A stretch of 64,000 nt of DNA. It comes from Candidatus Magasanikiibacteriota bacterium (GTDB taxonomy: Bacteria > Patescibacteriota > Patescibacteriia > Magasanikbacterales > UBA922). Made by a program: the position numbers and the translations under genes. Location of the stretch: positions 1,185 to 65,184 of the forward strand of contig JBPOJQ010000008.1 in NCBI GenBank assembly GCA_052033375.1. The letters run 5' to 3'. A model generated the notes under the pieces. The model saw only the letters and a program-made list of their open reading frames with translations, did no database searches and had not been told where the DNA came from. Below are positions 37,564 through 47,394 of this stretch, in pieces (positions within the stretch are counted from its first letter, which is position 1; every line of letters starts with the position of its first letter).

Positions 37564-37950
37564 GTGACGACTGAGAAATGGAAGCTTCCTGCTTCCGAGG
37601 ACACGAAATCTTTGTTGATCAAAAGTATATGGGGGAGGGGATGGAAAGACGTCTTGAATGGTGGCTGGCTTCTCTGGTACGAGATCGGCGACATCACAAG
37701 TCTCACTGATGAAGAGTGCGCCTCGATCACTCAGGAACTTTTCGTCGGACAGCGCGGATCTGGCAGTATCGAACTGCATCGAAGCCGCAAACTGGATGGT
37801 GCGCCAATGATCCTCTGTCTTCGGGGTAACCTGCGCCTACATCCGGCACTCATCATTCGTGGCCGCTACTGCCCGCTCTACACGGTGGCAGACCCGGCCG
37901 GTAGCTGCATCAACTTCTACTCGGTGTGGTTATGGCACAAGTTCTCATGA
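37564..37950 (+). CDS. GC-rich orphan protein
   Basis: AAAGGAG SD before GTG; TTGACT-N17-TAGTAT at 37462-37490. Confidence 0.6.
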   Translation: MTTEKWKLPASEDTKSLLIKSIWGRGWKDVLNGGWLLWYEIGDITSLTDEECASITQELFVGQRGSGSIELHRSRKLDGAPMILCLRGNLRLHPALIIRGRYCPLYTVADPAGSCINFYSVWLWHKFS

Positions 37951-38090
37951 ACTACTAGACGGCGTTGGATTCGTCAGGGACCAGCGCCGTCGTCCCCAAC
38001 TCTCATCAAAGAGTTTTTTTGTTTTAAAAGGTAAATACTCATTTCACTCTAACAAAAATCCGAACCATTCCTAGCTTGAATTTTACGTAC

Positions 38091-38099
38091 TTGGCTCGG
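38091..38099 (+). repeat. Putative att remnant: 9-bp copy of the tRNA-Asn 3' end
   Basis: ttggctcgg equals 40560-40568; the pair brackets the AT-rich ATPase gene. Confidence 0.45.
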
Positions 38100-38169
38100 A
38101 CGGCTGGACGATGTTAGAACTAAACTAGGCTAAATTAAGTTAAACTCTGTTATATATCAATTATTACAT

Positions 38170-40395
38170 TTATAAAGTCTTAATTAATTCAAAAACATCT
38201 TTTATATCTTTTTTATAGTCATTTAAGCCAAGTTGACCTTCAGGATACTGACCGTTGGTAGAATTATCATGATGTGTCAAATTAGTAAGTATAGAATTTA
38301 TTTCTGTACGCTTACTTACTTCTGCATAAGGTCCTCCTGGTTCTTCTAGTTTTGTCAGCATGTCACCTACAGTATTAATCTCTTTTGTCAGTTCAATAGG
38401 ATACTTAACCTTAAGAACATGCTCAATAACTTTTCTTATGCAACCATGAGCATTCTTCACTACAGCTATATCCTGCGATGATCCTGCACTCTTCATGTCA
38501 GTAATCCAGCAGTTATAGTCACTCATAAACTCTGCGTCTTCGTGAGGGTTGCATACCGTAAAGTCACTTCCGTTTACTGAATCAAGGGATATTCTCAAAA
38601 AAGCTGTTGTCGCATCTCCTGCACTTTCAGCATGCAAGAGTTGGTAGAAGCCCTTTTCGTGAGTAAGAATTATTAGTTGCTTGTCGGTGGCTGACAAGAT
38701 TCTCTTAATCTCAGTTAGAATAATTCTCTTTCTATCAGAGTCGAAGCTTGATACTGGATCGTCCATGACCACAACTTTGATCGTTGCGTCGTTCTTTACA
38801 GTAGCTAAAAAGAAAGCGAGAGCGAGCACCCACTTATCACTATCACTCAAACAGTTTTTAACTGTCATCTCCGAGTCATCACCATCATTGGATATCTCAC
38901 TGCCAGACATACTCAATACAAGCAGTTCTTGTCTTTGATTTCCTTTAAAATTAAATTTCTGTACCGTAAAATCGCAGTTACACGCAGTCAGAACATCATT
39001 GATATCTTTAAGCATCGCGGTTGAGAGTCCGTTTGCATATACCAAGTATTCTTCCCAAAGCTTTGTCTTTTCCGCACTAAGAGTTTTACTCTCTTTCTGA
39101 GCTTTCAGATAATTTTCACATCGGTCTTTCCAAGAATCGAATCGTTCCTTGTTTGCTTCAAGTGTCTTTAGTGATGTTTCGAGTTCAGCTTTCTTTTTTG
39201 TAGGATTCTTGAAGTTCACTAGTTCAGCATCAATAGCAACAATGTGAGCATCAGCTTTTGTTGAAATATCCGCAAACGGCACTGTGTCGAAGTCGCTTGA
39301 TAGATCATCTTTTTTGTTTGTGATTGATTTCTTGCAAGACTCAAAAAGTCCATCAATATCAGAAAAGTCTATTTCCAAAATGTACCCCGCTTGTTTGAGG
39401 TCTGTTTTAATTTTCTCTATCTCAGTTGAAAAACTCTCCTGAGGGAATAGACCCTCTGTTTCTTTGATCGCTTGCTGAAGATTTCGGTACTTATTGTTAT
39501 AGATCAGATCAATTGTCGCAAGGAATTCTTTTACTGAATCCTCTTTAATCTCTTGCGTACAAAATGGGCAGTGCTCATTTTCGGCACGAGAACGTAATTT
39601 AGCTCCTGATTGTAGAAAAGCACTATACGATTGCTTTGTTTCTTTTGAATTTACATGACTCTCGAAATGATTTGCTATGAGTTCACTGTTTACAGAAAGA
39701 TTTTCGGAAATTTGAGTAGTATCAAAATTCTTGTATCGCTCAAGCAAAGTTTTTATACTCCCGAGTTTACTCGATATCAACTCTGAATTTTTTACTTTAT
39801 CAAGATCCTTTTGCCCTTTCTCGATTTTAGTATCAATATCAGCAACTTCAGTAAGCCCGAGAAAAGTTTCAAAAGATAGCCCTCCTAAAAGGTGTTTGTT
39901 TCTTGTGTACTCGCCATTAATTGATGTTTGAGTCTTTGTGTTCTCAGCTATTTGTTCAGCAAGTCCTGCGATTTTTACATTATATTCAACACCTTTTGCA
40001 CCGAGCATAAACGCCTCAATGTTCTTCTGCTGTTCCTGACCAATTTGCTGGTTTTGAGTGTAGACACTTTCTCTGACAAAGTGGTTATCAAAAACTATGA
40101 TGTCCTTATACTCCGCACTCCACTTAGCTTCGTCTGTTGTGTATCTATACTCTCCTGTAGGCGTAGTGACTTCGGGAATAATCTTTATAGTCTGCTTTTG
40201 GCTTCCGATTGTCTTTCTTCCAATAATGTAGTCTGGCTTGTTTTCCTTTAATGAACGAAAAATTGATGTGAGGGTGCTTTTACCAAAAGTGTTTTTTCCA
40301 TACACAAAAGTATTCTTCTTGAAGAATTGTTCATCACCCTCTGTTTTGGCGGATTTGAATCGACCAACATTATTTATTTCTATTTTTTTTAACAT
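38170..40395 (-). CDS. AAA_13/RloC-like ABC ATPase with zinc hook and C-terminal HEPN-like domain
   Basis: Walker A GKNTFGKST, FDNHFV, CPFC hook in coiled coil, signature LSDSDK, Walker B MDDPVSSFD, ILTH; C-terminal IRKVIE...NLTHH. Confidence 0.82.
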   Translation of the reverse strand: MLKKIEINNVGRFKSAKTEGDEQFFKKNTFVYGKNTFGKSTLTSIFRSLKENKPDYIIGRKTIGSQKQTIKIIPEVTTPTGEYRYTTDEAKWSAEYKDIIVFDNHFVRESVYTQNQQIGQEQQKNIEAFMLGAKGVEYNVKIAGLAEQIAENTKTQTSINGEYTRNKHLLGGLSFETFLGLTEVADIDTKIEKGQKDLDKVKNSELISSKLGSIKTLLERYKNFDTTQISENLSVNSELIANHFESHVNSKETKQSYSAFLQSGAKLRSRAENEHCPFCTQEIKEDSVKEFLATIDLIYNNKYRNLQQAIKETEGLFPQESFSTEIEKIKTDLKQAGYILEIDFSDIDGLFESCKKSITNKKDDLSSDFDTVPFADISTKADAHIVAIDAELVNFKNPTKKKAELETSLKTLEANKERFDSWKDRCENYLKAQKESKTLSAEKTKLWEEYLVYANGLSTAMLKDINDVLTACNCDFTVQKFNFKGNQRQELLVLSMSGSEISNDGDDSEMTVKNCLSDSDKWVLALAFFLATVKNDATIKVVVMDDPVSSFDSDRKRIILTEIKRILSATDKQLIILTHEKGFYQLLHAESAGDATTAFLRISLDSVNGSDFTVCNPHEDAEFMSDYNCWITDMKSAGSSQDIAVVKNAHGCIRKVIEHVLKVKYPIELTKEINTVGDMLTKLEEPGGPYAEVSKRTEINSILTNLTHHDNSTNGQYPEGQLGLNDYKKDIKDVFELIKTL

Positions 40396-40533
40396 ATTTA
40401 AAATTATACCTTCTTCAAAAACTCCCAAATTCTAACCATTGCCATCGTATCAAATTTACAATACTCAAAAATATTTTTTGTGTACGTTGGGCCATTATCG
40501 ATAGTACCCTCTATACTCTAAATCGTCAAACAA

Positions 40534-40561
40534 AAAAACCAGTCCTTCTAGACTGGTTTTT
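40534..40561 (-). terminator. Terminator of tRNA-Asn
   Basis: aaaaccagtc-cttcta-gactggtttt abutting CCA. Confidence 0.7.
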
Positions 40562-40933
40562 GGCTCGGCGGGCGGGGCTCGAACCCGCGACCCACTGGTT
40601 ACAGTATCCTTCCTCTTTCAAGGAAGACTGGACTATGTCATCACCCATGCCGTAAACCTGGCAGAATAAATTCTCCAAGAGCCTGGGGGTGCGGAGCGCT
40701 TCCCGCCCCGACGTTGTCGGGGAAGTACTCCCATAAAGGGATAGTCTCTGAACCTTTCTAATCCGCCGCTAATTCCAGTAAAACTGGAGCATCGGATTAA
40801 ACTTGGCTGCAGGTTACCCTATGGAAAACCATAGTAGCGGCTTCCTGCAATTCACTCCGTTGGCATCCTGACATTACTATCAAGAGCTGCTAATTTTTAA
40901 CAGCCAGTTGCTCTACCGCTGAGCTACCGCCGA
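40561..40933 (-). tRNA. tRNA-Asn (GTT), exons 40933-40900 and 40601-40561, split by a group I intron
   Basis: Spliced product has TCGGCGG/CCGCCGA acceptor, anticodon arm actgg-ctGTTaa-ccagt, GGTTCGAGCCC, CCA. Confidence 0.93.
40602..40899 (-). ncRNA. Group I self-splicing intron (298 nt, no ORF)
   Basis: 5' exon ends in U, intron ends in G; P1 gctgU/Gcagc wobble; P AATTGCAGGAAG, Q AACCTGCAGC, R GTTCAGAGACTA, S ATGACATAGTCC. Confidence 0.92.
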
Positions 40934-41077
40934 ATATATATAAAACCTGCTACAGTATACTACAGATATATTCATTAGTCAATCATGTAAAAAATTCTCT
41001 TATCCAAGGGATTTTTGTTGACTCGAAAACGTGTATGAGATATTCTAGAGTTGATTTACTCTGTATCTTATTTTTCT

Positions 41078-41668
41078 ATGCATTCTCCAGAAAACGAAAG
41101 GCGCATGCCGACTGAAAACATACAGCTCGCAGAAAAAATAAAACGTATCATGCATCACATGAAATATGCAGAGGGGAGTACAGCATATGCAGGATGCACG
41201 AAAATGCTTCGAGCGCTCGATATGAATTCAGAGTTGGTGTATAACAAGCGTGATCCAGAGCAATGGCTGTCTGAATTGGAGAGTAGGGGTGTGATTAGCA
41301 CACGAGAGTATGATGTCTGTCTTGATATTATCACTTCTGAAATACATTTTGAAAAACCATCGACCGAAACACGCGAAGATGAATATACTGCCGAAGATGA
41401 TGTGGTGTGGAATAGTGCATGGGATGAAGCTGTGAGAGGATTTGTAGCAACGTATCCTACTCATCGCAAGGTAGTCGATACCATTACGGAGATGTGTCAG
41501 AAGTCCCGATGTGGGAGAAATCAATATGTCGATGATTTTATTGCGCCATATGTACGCGCAGGAGTGATCTCGCGTACAGATGAGAATAAATATATAGATG
41601 TCTTAGCTACAATACAGGAAAAAGCGCAGATAGAGTATGAAAAGAAACGGCAGAATTCCGACATCTAA
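41078..41668 (+). CDS. Hypothetical protein with two similar helical halves
   Basis: Long ORF; GVISTRE / GVISRTD internal similarity. Confidence 0.6.
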   Translation: MHSPENERRMPTENIQLAEKIKRIMHHMKYAEGSTAYAGCTKMLRALDMNSELVYNKRDPEQWLSELESRGVISTREYDVCLDIITSEIHFEKPSTETREDEYTAEDDVVWNSAWDEAVRGFVATYPTHRKVVDTITEMCQKSRCGRNQYVDDFIAPYVRAGVISRTDENKYIDVLATIQEKAQIEYEKKRQNSDI

Positions 41669-41682
41669 AATTTCAAAACATA

Positions 41683-41718
41683 CAAAAAATCCCTCGATAT
41701 GCTCGGGGGATTTTTTTG
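41683..41718. terminator. Bidirectional terminator
   Basis: caaaaaatccctcga...tcgggggatttttttg. Confidence 0.7.
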
Positions 41719-41719
41719 C

Positions 41720-42220
41720 TTAACTTTTCTTGATTTCTTTGATATTCGTCGCTTTGGTGGTGAACAGTACACCATTTAGATGATCAACTTCGTGCTGTAT
41801 CACTCGGGCAAAGAAATTTCGTGCGTCGAATGAGAGTTTTTTTCCATTTCGATCCAGTGCTTCGACATGAATGTCTGAATACCGCTTGACTGTTCCATAG
41901 AGTCCAGGAATCGAGAGACACCCCTCCTGGTCAGTATTGGTTTTTTTGGTTGTCTTGTGCCAGATGGGATTGATAAGTACCAGATCTTCATGAGGTACAC
42001 CGGATTTTCGGTCTGTACGCACTGCTTCTTTTCCGATAATGCATACCTGGACTGAATGATTCACCTGTGGAGCGGCGAGTCCGATACCTTCACTCGCATA
42101 CATCGTTGGAATCATCTGAGTGATGAGTTGTTGTATGTCTGTAGAAATGATTTCACTCTCAGTGAGTTCACGCGCGGGTGTTTCGAGAATGGTATTTGGG
42201 ACTGTGATAATGTGTAGCAT
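41720..42220 (-). CDS. def: Peptide deformylase
   Basis: GIGLAAPQV, EGCLS, QHEVDHLNG. Confidence 0.96.
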   Translation of the reverse strand: MLHIITVPNTILETPARELTESEIISTDIQQLITQMIPTMYASEGIGLAAPQVNHSVQVCIIGKEAVRTDRKSGVPHEDLVLINPIWHKTTKKTNTDQEGCLSIPGLYGTVKRYSDIHVEALDRNGKKLSFDARNFFARVIQHEVDHLNGVLFTTKATNIKEIKKS

Positions 42221-42233
42221 AGGTAGAAAAAAA

Positions 42234-44150
42234 CTAGGGAGAAAAAATAGAAAGTGGCTGTACATCGACGACACATCCCATGGGGAGATACGGGTGGATA
42301 CGCTGTGCAATTGATAGTACATTCGCAGGCGATGTTTTTATGAGCATACCCCGTCGATACATCCGCTGGTGAAATGCAGGATGTGTCTCATATATTTCGC
42401 TGATAGTAGCAGTAATTCCCTCTGATGTCAATCGTCGTTGGACGTCTTCCCGGAATTGTGTAGCCTGTGTATGTGCCGTATTCCGATGAGGAGAGGATAG
42501 TGTATATTTTATCATACTTTGATAGGGAGGGTAACCAAGTTTTTGTCTCAGATTGAGTTCTGATCGGTAGATACGATCACGTTCGGAAAATAATTTGAAG
42601 ATAGGTTTGTCTGCAGTGTGTGTCTCGATAATGAATTGAGAGTCTGGTTTTCTCAGATAATTGAATGTACTGAGCAGGTGTACCACATGTTCGACTGATT
42701 GGAATTCTGGTATTGCGAGATATCGGTCGAGATCAAGAATGATGAAGAGTCCGGTGCGGTGAGGGCGGATGTAGGGGAATATTTTTTCAGTCCCGACGAT
42801 TAGTCGAGGTGTGTCAGACACGAGTTCGCGTAGGGTATTCTCATCACTATTATCATCAATACGAAATATCGGTCGGGTGATGCCTTCGGAGTGGAATATG
42901 GTAGAAAAATGAGAAGCAATTTTTTCAGTACCTATACCACGGAGAAGCATCACAACTGAGCCACAGGCACTGCAGGTGAGTGGGAGTGGACGAGAATCAG
43001 TGTGGTGTGTGCCGTGGAGCATGCGCGTCTCCGCTCGATATACCATGGGTAATCCGGTGAGAGCGGATGTCTCGATATGTCCGCAATCTTTGCAGACGAC
43101 CATAGTCGCATAGCCTTTGCGTTGCACGAGTATCACGATATCTTCGGCAGTGTGTCTCGCATGATAGAGAATCTGCTCCTCGGTCTGTATTGCACAGACG
43201 CGTACCTCACGTGGTTGGGGCACCTGTTCGATGATGCGAATAGTAGTACTCTGATGTGCGCTGGTAGGAAATAGCAATCCATCATGATACGGGGTCGAGT
43301 CGATCATGCAGGGCATTTTTTCTTTGAGAATTCGATAATAGAGTTCGAAACTGGGAGAAAAACTCGCATATACACATTCGCAGGCGTGTGCAGTGCCGAC
43401 GAGTCTTACGAGGTCGCGTGCATGATATTTGGGTTGTTGATCATAGCTTTTGTATTGTTCATCATGCTCGGCATCCATGATGATTCGGTCGAGGTGTACA
43501 AAAGGTAGGGTGAGCGCACTGCGTGTGCCGAGTACAATGAGTGGCCCGGTAGTATTACGCACCTGTAGCCATCGAGCGAATTTTTCTTTGTCTGATAAAT
43601 CCGAATGCCAGATGACACAGGGTATACCGATCTGGTTGAGTAATGCATGTGTAGTCTCAAGAGCACCAAGCTCGGGCACAAGCACGAGAGTCGTGTGTGT
43701 CGGGTCTATCAGGGAAAAAAGTTCGGCGCGTTCCTGGGGAGAAGTATAGAGTCTATAGGACTCGGTGTACGTGCGACGAGGTGGTCGATTGTTCAATTCT
43801 GGCTCGAGATGCATTTTCTGCAATTTTCTTTTTTGGATGGGCAAGGCAGATGTCTTGTATACGGTAGCAAGGGAGGTTGCATAGAGCAGGGAGAGATCTC
43901 GGAGTATTGCTCGAGTGGTCGAGGGAAATAGTGGAGTAGTGTGCACGAGAGCGGTAATTGGTTTGTAGGCAAAATCAGGATTTGGTGTATCAGAAAGCAA
44001 GACTACGATACCGAATTGAGTAGTCTTTCGAAGTTCAATTTCTACGAGCTGTCCGAGGGCAATCGTCTGTTCAAACTCGGGGGGTATGGCGTAATCAAAT
44101 AGCGAAGAATGCCGCGGAAGACGCTTCAGGGGGACAATAGTCGCAATCAT
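42234..44150 (-). CDS. priA: Primosomal protein N' (PriA), helicase motifs degenerate
   Basis: FDY, LVLVPEL, LGTRSA, RKGYA..CKDCG, GIGTEK, RQKLGYPPY; no Walker A. Confidence 0.85.
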   Translation of the reverse strand: MIATIVPLKRLPRHSSLFDYAIPPEFEQTIALGQLVEIELRKTTQFGIVVLLSDTPNPDFAYKPITALVHTTPLFPSTTRAILRDLSLLYATSLATVYKTSALPIQKRKLQKMHLEPELNNRPPRRTYTESYRLYTSPQERAELFSLIDPTHTTLVLVPELGALETTHALLNQIGIPCVIWHSDLSDKEKFARWLQVRNTTGPLIVLGTRSALTLPFVHLDRIIMDAEHDEQYKSYDQQPKYHARDLVRLVGTAHACECVYASFSPSFELYYRILKEKMPCMIDSTPYHDGLLFPTSAHQSTTIRIIEQVPQPREVRVCAIQTEEQILYHARHTAEDIVILVQRKGYATMVVCKDCGHIETSALTGLPMVYRAETRMLHGTHHTDSRPLPLTCSACGSVVMLLRGIGTEKIASHFSTIFHSEGITRPIFRIDDNSDENTLRELVSDTPRLIVGTEKIFPYIRPHRTGLFIILDLDRYLAIPEFQSVEHVVHLLSTFNYLRKPDSQFIIETHTADKPIFKLFSERDRIYRSELNLRQKLGYPPYQSMIKYTLSSPHRNTAHTQATQFREDVQRRLTSEGITATISEIYETHPAFHQRMYRRGMLIKTSPANVLSIAQRIHPYLPMGCVVDVQPLSIFSP

Positions 44151-44160
44151 GAAGAAAATG

Positions 44161-44955
44161 TTATGAAAAAACGAATTCTGCTGTGAGGTATCCTACGCCA
44201 AAAGGATGCTCATAGGCAAGACGTTTGAATTCGTAATTGATGTTTTTGAGAGAACCAAGTAATAACAATAATGGCCTGTATCCAGTTTCGACCGCGTGTT
44301 CGACCAATTGAGGATCAAGTGTCGCAATACCACTCGTATTGTGTGATTGGAGCAATTCAATAATGGTGCTATCGAATTTTTTTCCCTCTTCACGGAATCC
44401 TGCCGGTGAATCAGTCGTAATGCCGTGGGAAAGATTTGCGGATGCAATCAAGGCTACACGTTTGTCAGAGTCCATACACACCTCCTTGATAAGGTTGCCA
44501 AAATTCAGATGAGTCTTGGCGTCGAGGTCACACGGGCCGACAGGGAGTACTTTTATATGAGGAAGATGATTGGTAAGAGCAAAGAGAGGTACTGATGAAC
44601 CGTGATCGAGCTTTTCTTCGCTTATGAGCTGGAGGGGAACATGTTCTCGACTCGCTGCATGAGATATTTTTACTGCAAAATCAGGAGAGCCGGTGAATTC
44701 TCGTTTCAATGAATGATCCCCGAATTTTTCAAATGAGGAAGTGAATGCCGTATGCGCGTTGATAACAAATGTGTCGCTATGTGCCTGTGAATGTGGAGTA
44801 TAGATAATAATTAAATGTGGTTTTGAGAGATACAAATTTTCTTCGAGTACACTGAGTGCCTCTATCGTTTTTATTGCCTTCGTGCGATCTGTACCGCCGA
44901 CCGAGGGAATGAGTACTGGTGAATGTGGGACAATTGCGCCAAATACGAGAGGCAT
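44161..44955 (-). CDS. LigB/MEMO-fold protein (AmmeMemoRadiSam protein B-like)
   Basis: VPHSPVLIP, TPH, LDHGSSVPL, IASANLSH, YEHPFGVGY. Confidence 0.8.
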   Translation of the reverse strand: MPLVFGAIVPHSPVLIPSVGGTDRTKAIKTIEALSVLEENLYLSKPHLIIIYTPHSQAHSDTFVINAHTAFTSSFEKFGDHSLKREFTGSPDFAVKISHAASREHVPLQLISEEKLDHGSSVPLFALTNHLPHIKVLPVGPCDLDAKTHLNFGNLIKEVCMDSDKRVALIASANLSHGITTDSPAGFREEGKKFDSTIIELLQSHNTSGIATLDPQLVEHAVETGYRPLLLLLGSLKNINYEFKRLAYEHPFGVGYLTAEFVFS

Positions 44956-44971
44956 AGGAGGGGAGTTGGAA

Positions 44972-47245
44972 TTAAAAATTTTTGAGAGCCCATGAGGCAA
45001 ATCGATGTGGCTCATCAAATCGAGATTCACTGCCGAAATCAGGATTTCCCATGGTGAGTACTATGAATTTTTTGCCATCAGTATTCCTCTCAATCAGCAT
45101 GACGAGACAACTCCCTGATTCATAGAGAAAACCAGTCTTACTGGCGAGAATCGTGTAGGGAATATTCCGTCTGAGGAGGCCATTACTGTGTGTTTCAGTA
45201 TGAGTGACTGTGGTGTCTGCACTGGAGATTTCATTATACGTATATCGTGTGGTGCCGAGCACTGAGGCTATCGTAGCATTTTTGAGTGTTTCGCGGAATA
45301 GTGTGAGAACTTCGCGCGGAGTTCCCTGGTTATTCGGATCATATCCATACGAATCAGTGAACGTCATTTCAGTCAATCCTAATTTCTCTGCCTCGGTAGT
45401 CATAAGTTTTGCAAAAGCAGGGACTGTATAGCCGAGGCTGTCGACGAGCATGACTGACGCTGTATTATTCGATCCGATAAGCATGGAATAGAGAATATCT
45501 TTGTTTTGGATGCTGTCACCTTCGGCCACTGGAAAATTGTGATATGCAGATTTGTGTGCCGATGCTGTGTAGGTGGTAGACTCAGAGAGTGGTAATTTCT
45601 GGTCCATGAGAATATGCGCGGTCATGAGTTTGGTGAGAGAAGCGAGGGGGCGTACAGTATCGATATTTTTACCCGCAAGAATAGTCCCTGATTCATCAGC
45701 GAGAATATATGAATCTATGGGCGTTTCAAATGTGGTGCCAATGAAAGAGACACGATCCGAAGGGGTGACTACCATGTAATCGACTGGTTTTTTGGTATTG
45801 GTATTCGTTGTAGGGGGTACAGTGGTGGTTGGCGGTGTATTGACTACAGTCTGTGATGAGTGGTTGCTTGAGGATGGTTTCAGGTAGATAGGTTCTCCTG
45901 TTTCATGAGCCATGCCCACATACTCACTTACCCATACCACATTTTTCATATTAAATCCTAGTCCATGAAATACCTCCTCATTTGCGATATGTCGTTTTTT
46001 GCCTTTTTCAACTACATATATTTCATTGAATCCCGTGATGCCAAATATGGTACCATCTTTGAGGATTACCGGTGGACCAAAGGTTGCTTGAAGTGTCCCT
46101 AGTTGTTCGGTGGAGAGTTTTTCAAGTGTGAGATGAGGGAAATTAATGTTGAGAATTGCACGGTCAAAAATTGGATGCATCAATCCATTATCTACGAAAT
46201 ACAAATTTTTTGATTCTTTGACTTCAATAATTCGACCGAGAGGTGCGCTAGCCCCCGTTCCTTCGATGGTTTTGCCCAAGATATAGGAATCCAGATCGCT
46301 TGCATTGACTTCAATAATTTCATCTGGATTATATCCGATTTGTCTGAGAGTGTCGGCACTCGCAAATGGGCGTTTGAAATCATAATCGAGCAAGTAGTAG
46401 GTAGATCCATCAAACGCGATTGAATAGTTTGGCAATGAAATATTTTTTCCATCAGCGTAACGTGAGAGTTCACTCACGGGAACTGTAAGTATTAATTTTG
46501 GGTCAAATCGAGTAGCGAGAGCGCTCATGCTAGTAAATCGTCGTTTTTCTCCATCCTGGATCAGATATACATCAGGAGAATCTGTTGTCTTGATAACCGA
46601 TCCGTCCGGGTATACTTGATCAAACCATTCTTGCCATAATTTCCAAAAATTAAGGTTGCCGTGAATGTGTGGTGTATAGGTGTAGAGAAATGCGGTCGCA
46701 AAATTTGCAGGAACTACGGGTGTACTATCGATGAGATAGGTATTTGCAGGACGTTTGATCCAATTCTCAGATCCTACGTTATCATAATACCAGCGGATAA
46801 TACCCGCAGCGCTGTCGACCTGTGTGCCGAATCCTTTGTGTTTCTGGATGTTTGGATCATCCATTGAACAGCTGTCACACACACCATATCCGGTTGCCCA
46901 ATCCAATTGTTTTTGTGTTGGGCTGTCTTCAGTAATGAGACTTTGCTCCTTTTGGAGTTTTACCAATACATATTTTGGATTAATCTTATTATCCACAGCA
47001 GCGCGATAGATGATGTCAGATACAGGGCGTTCAATTCCATCTTTATCTGCGGTAGTGAGGTTGGCAATATAGCTTCCTTTATCAGTAAGAAACGCCTGAA
47101 TATCTTCACGATTCATACTCTGCCAGTTTTGCATTTCTTCATCACTGAGAAGATAATTCGGGTCAAATGTCGCAGTGTAGAGCGAGCTCGGCAGGATGAG
47201 TGAGAGTGAGATAAAACTTAAAAAAGCCTTATTATATAATTTCAT
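44972..47245 (-). CDS. Secreted multidomain protein: putative lysozyme-like N-domain, repeats, C-terminal peptidase S11 (D,D-peptidase)
   Basis: Signal peptide; INPKYVLVKLQKEQSL..ATAFLYTYTPH; four YLIxxGxKR-like repeats; SLTK, SNN, KTG motifs. Confidence 0.8.
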   Translation of the reverse strand: MKLYNKAFLSFISLSLILPSSLYTATFDPNYLLSDEEMQNWQSMNREDIQAFLTDKGSYIANLTTADKDGIERPVSDIIYRAAVDNKINPKYVLVKLQKEQSLITEDSPTQKQLDWATGYGVCDSCSMDDPNIQKHKGFGTQVDSAAGIIRWYYDNVGSENWIKRPANTYLIDSTPVVPANFATAFLYTYTPHIHGNLNFWKLWQEWFDQVYPDGSVIKTTDSPDVYLIQDGEKRRFTSMSALATRFDPKLILTVPVSELSRYADGKNISLPNYSIAFDGSTYYLLDYDFKRPFASADTLRQIGYNPDEIIEVNASDLDSYILGKTIEGTGASAPLGRIIEVKESKNLYFVDNGLMHPIFDRAILNINFPHLTLEKLSTEQLGTLQATFGPPVILKDGTIFGITGFNEIYVVEKGKKRHIANEEVFHGLGFNMKNVVWVSEYVGMAHETGEPIYLKPSSSNHSSQTVVNTPPTTTVPPTTNTNTKKPVDYMVVTPSDRVSFIGTTFETPIDSYILADESGTILAGKNIDTVRPLASLTKLMTAHILMDQKLPLSESTTYTASAHKSAYHNFPVAEGDSIQNKDILYSMLIGSNNTASVMLVDSLGYTVPAFAKLMTTEAEKLGLTEMTFTDSYGYDPNNQGTPREVLTLFRETLKNATIASVLGTTRYTYNEISSADTTVTHTETHSNGLLRRNIPYTILASKTGFLYESGSCLVMLIERNTDGKKFIVLTMGNPDFGSESRFDEPHRFASWALKNF

Positions 47246-47394
47246 AGGGGTATTAATTATGAACAAGGGTTAGTATAGCAAAGAATTCATGAGTGCTCCA
47301 ATATGGAACAAAGGACTTTGGCAAAAGAGCTAGATTGAGCTATATAAAGAATAGATTAAGCCGGAATTAGCCGGTAAAAGGAAGGGGGTTCGTT

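Noticed and set aside
38092-38133. Short peptide WLGRLDDVRT as a recombinase C-terminal remnant
   Set aside because: Resemblance is from memory only, and the frame is closed a few codons upstream; too short to support
40602-40899. Homing endonuclease in the intron
   Set aside because: Intron is only 298 nt with no sizeable ORF
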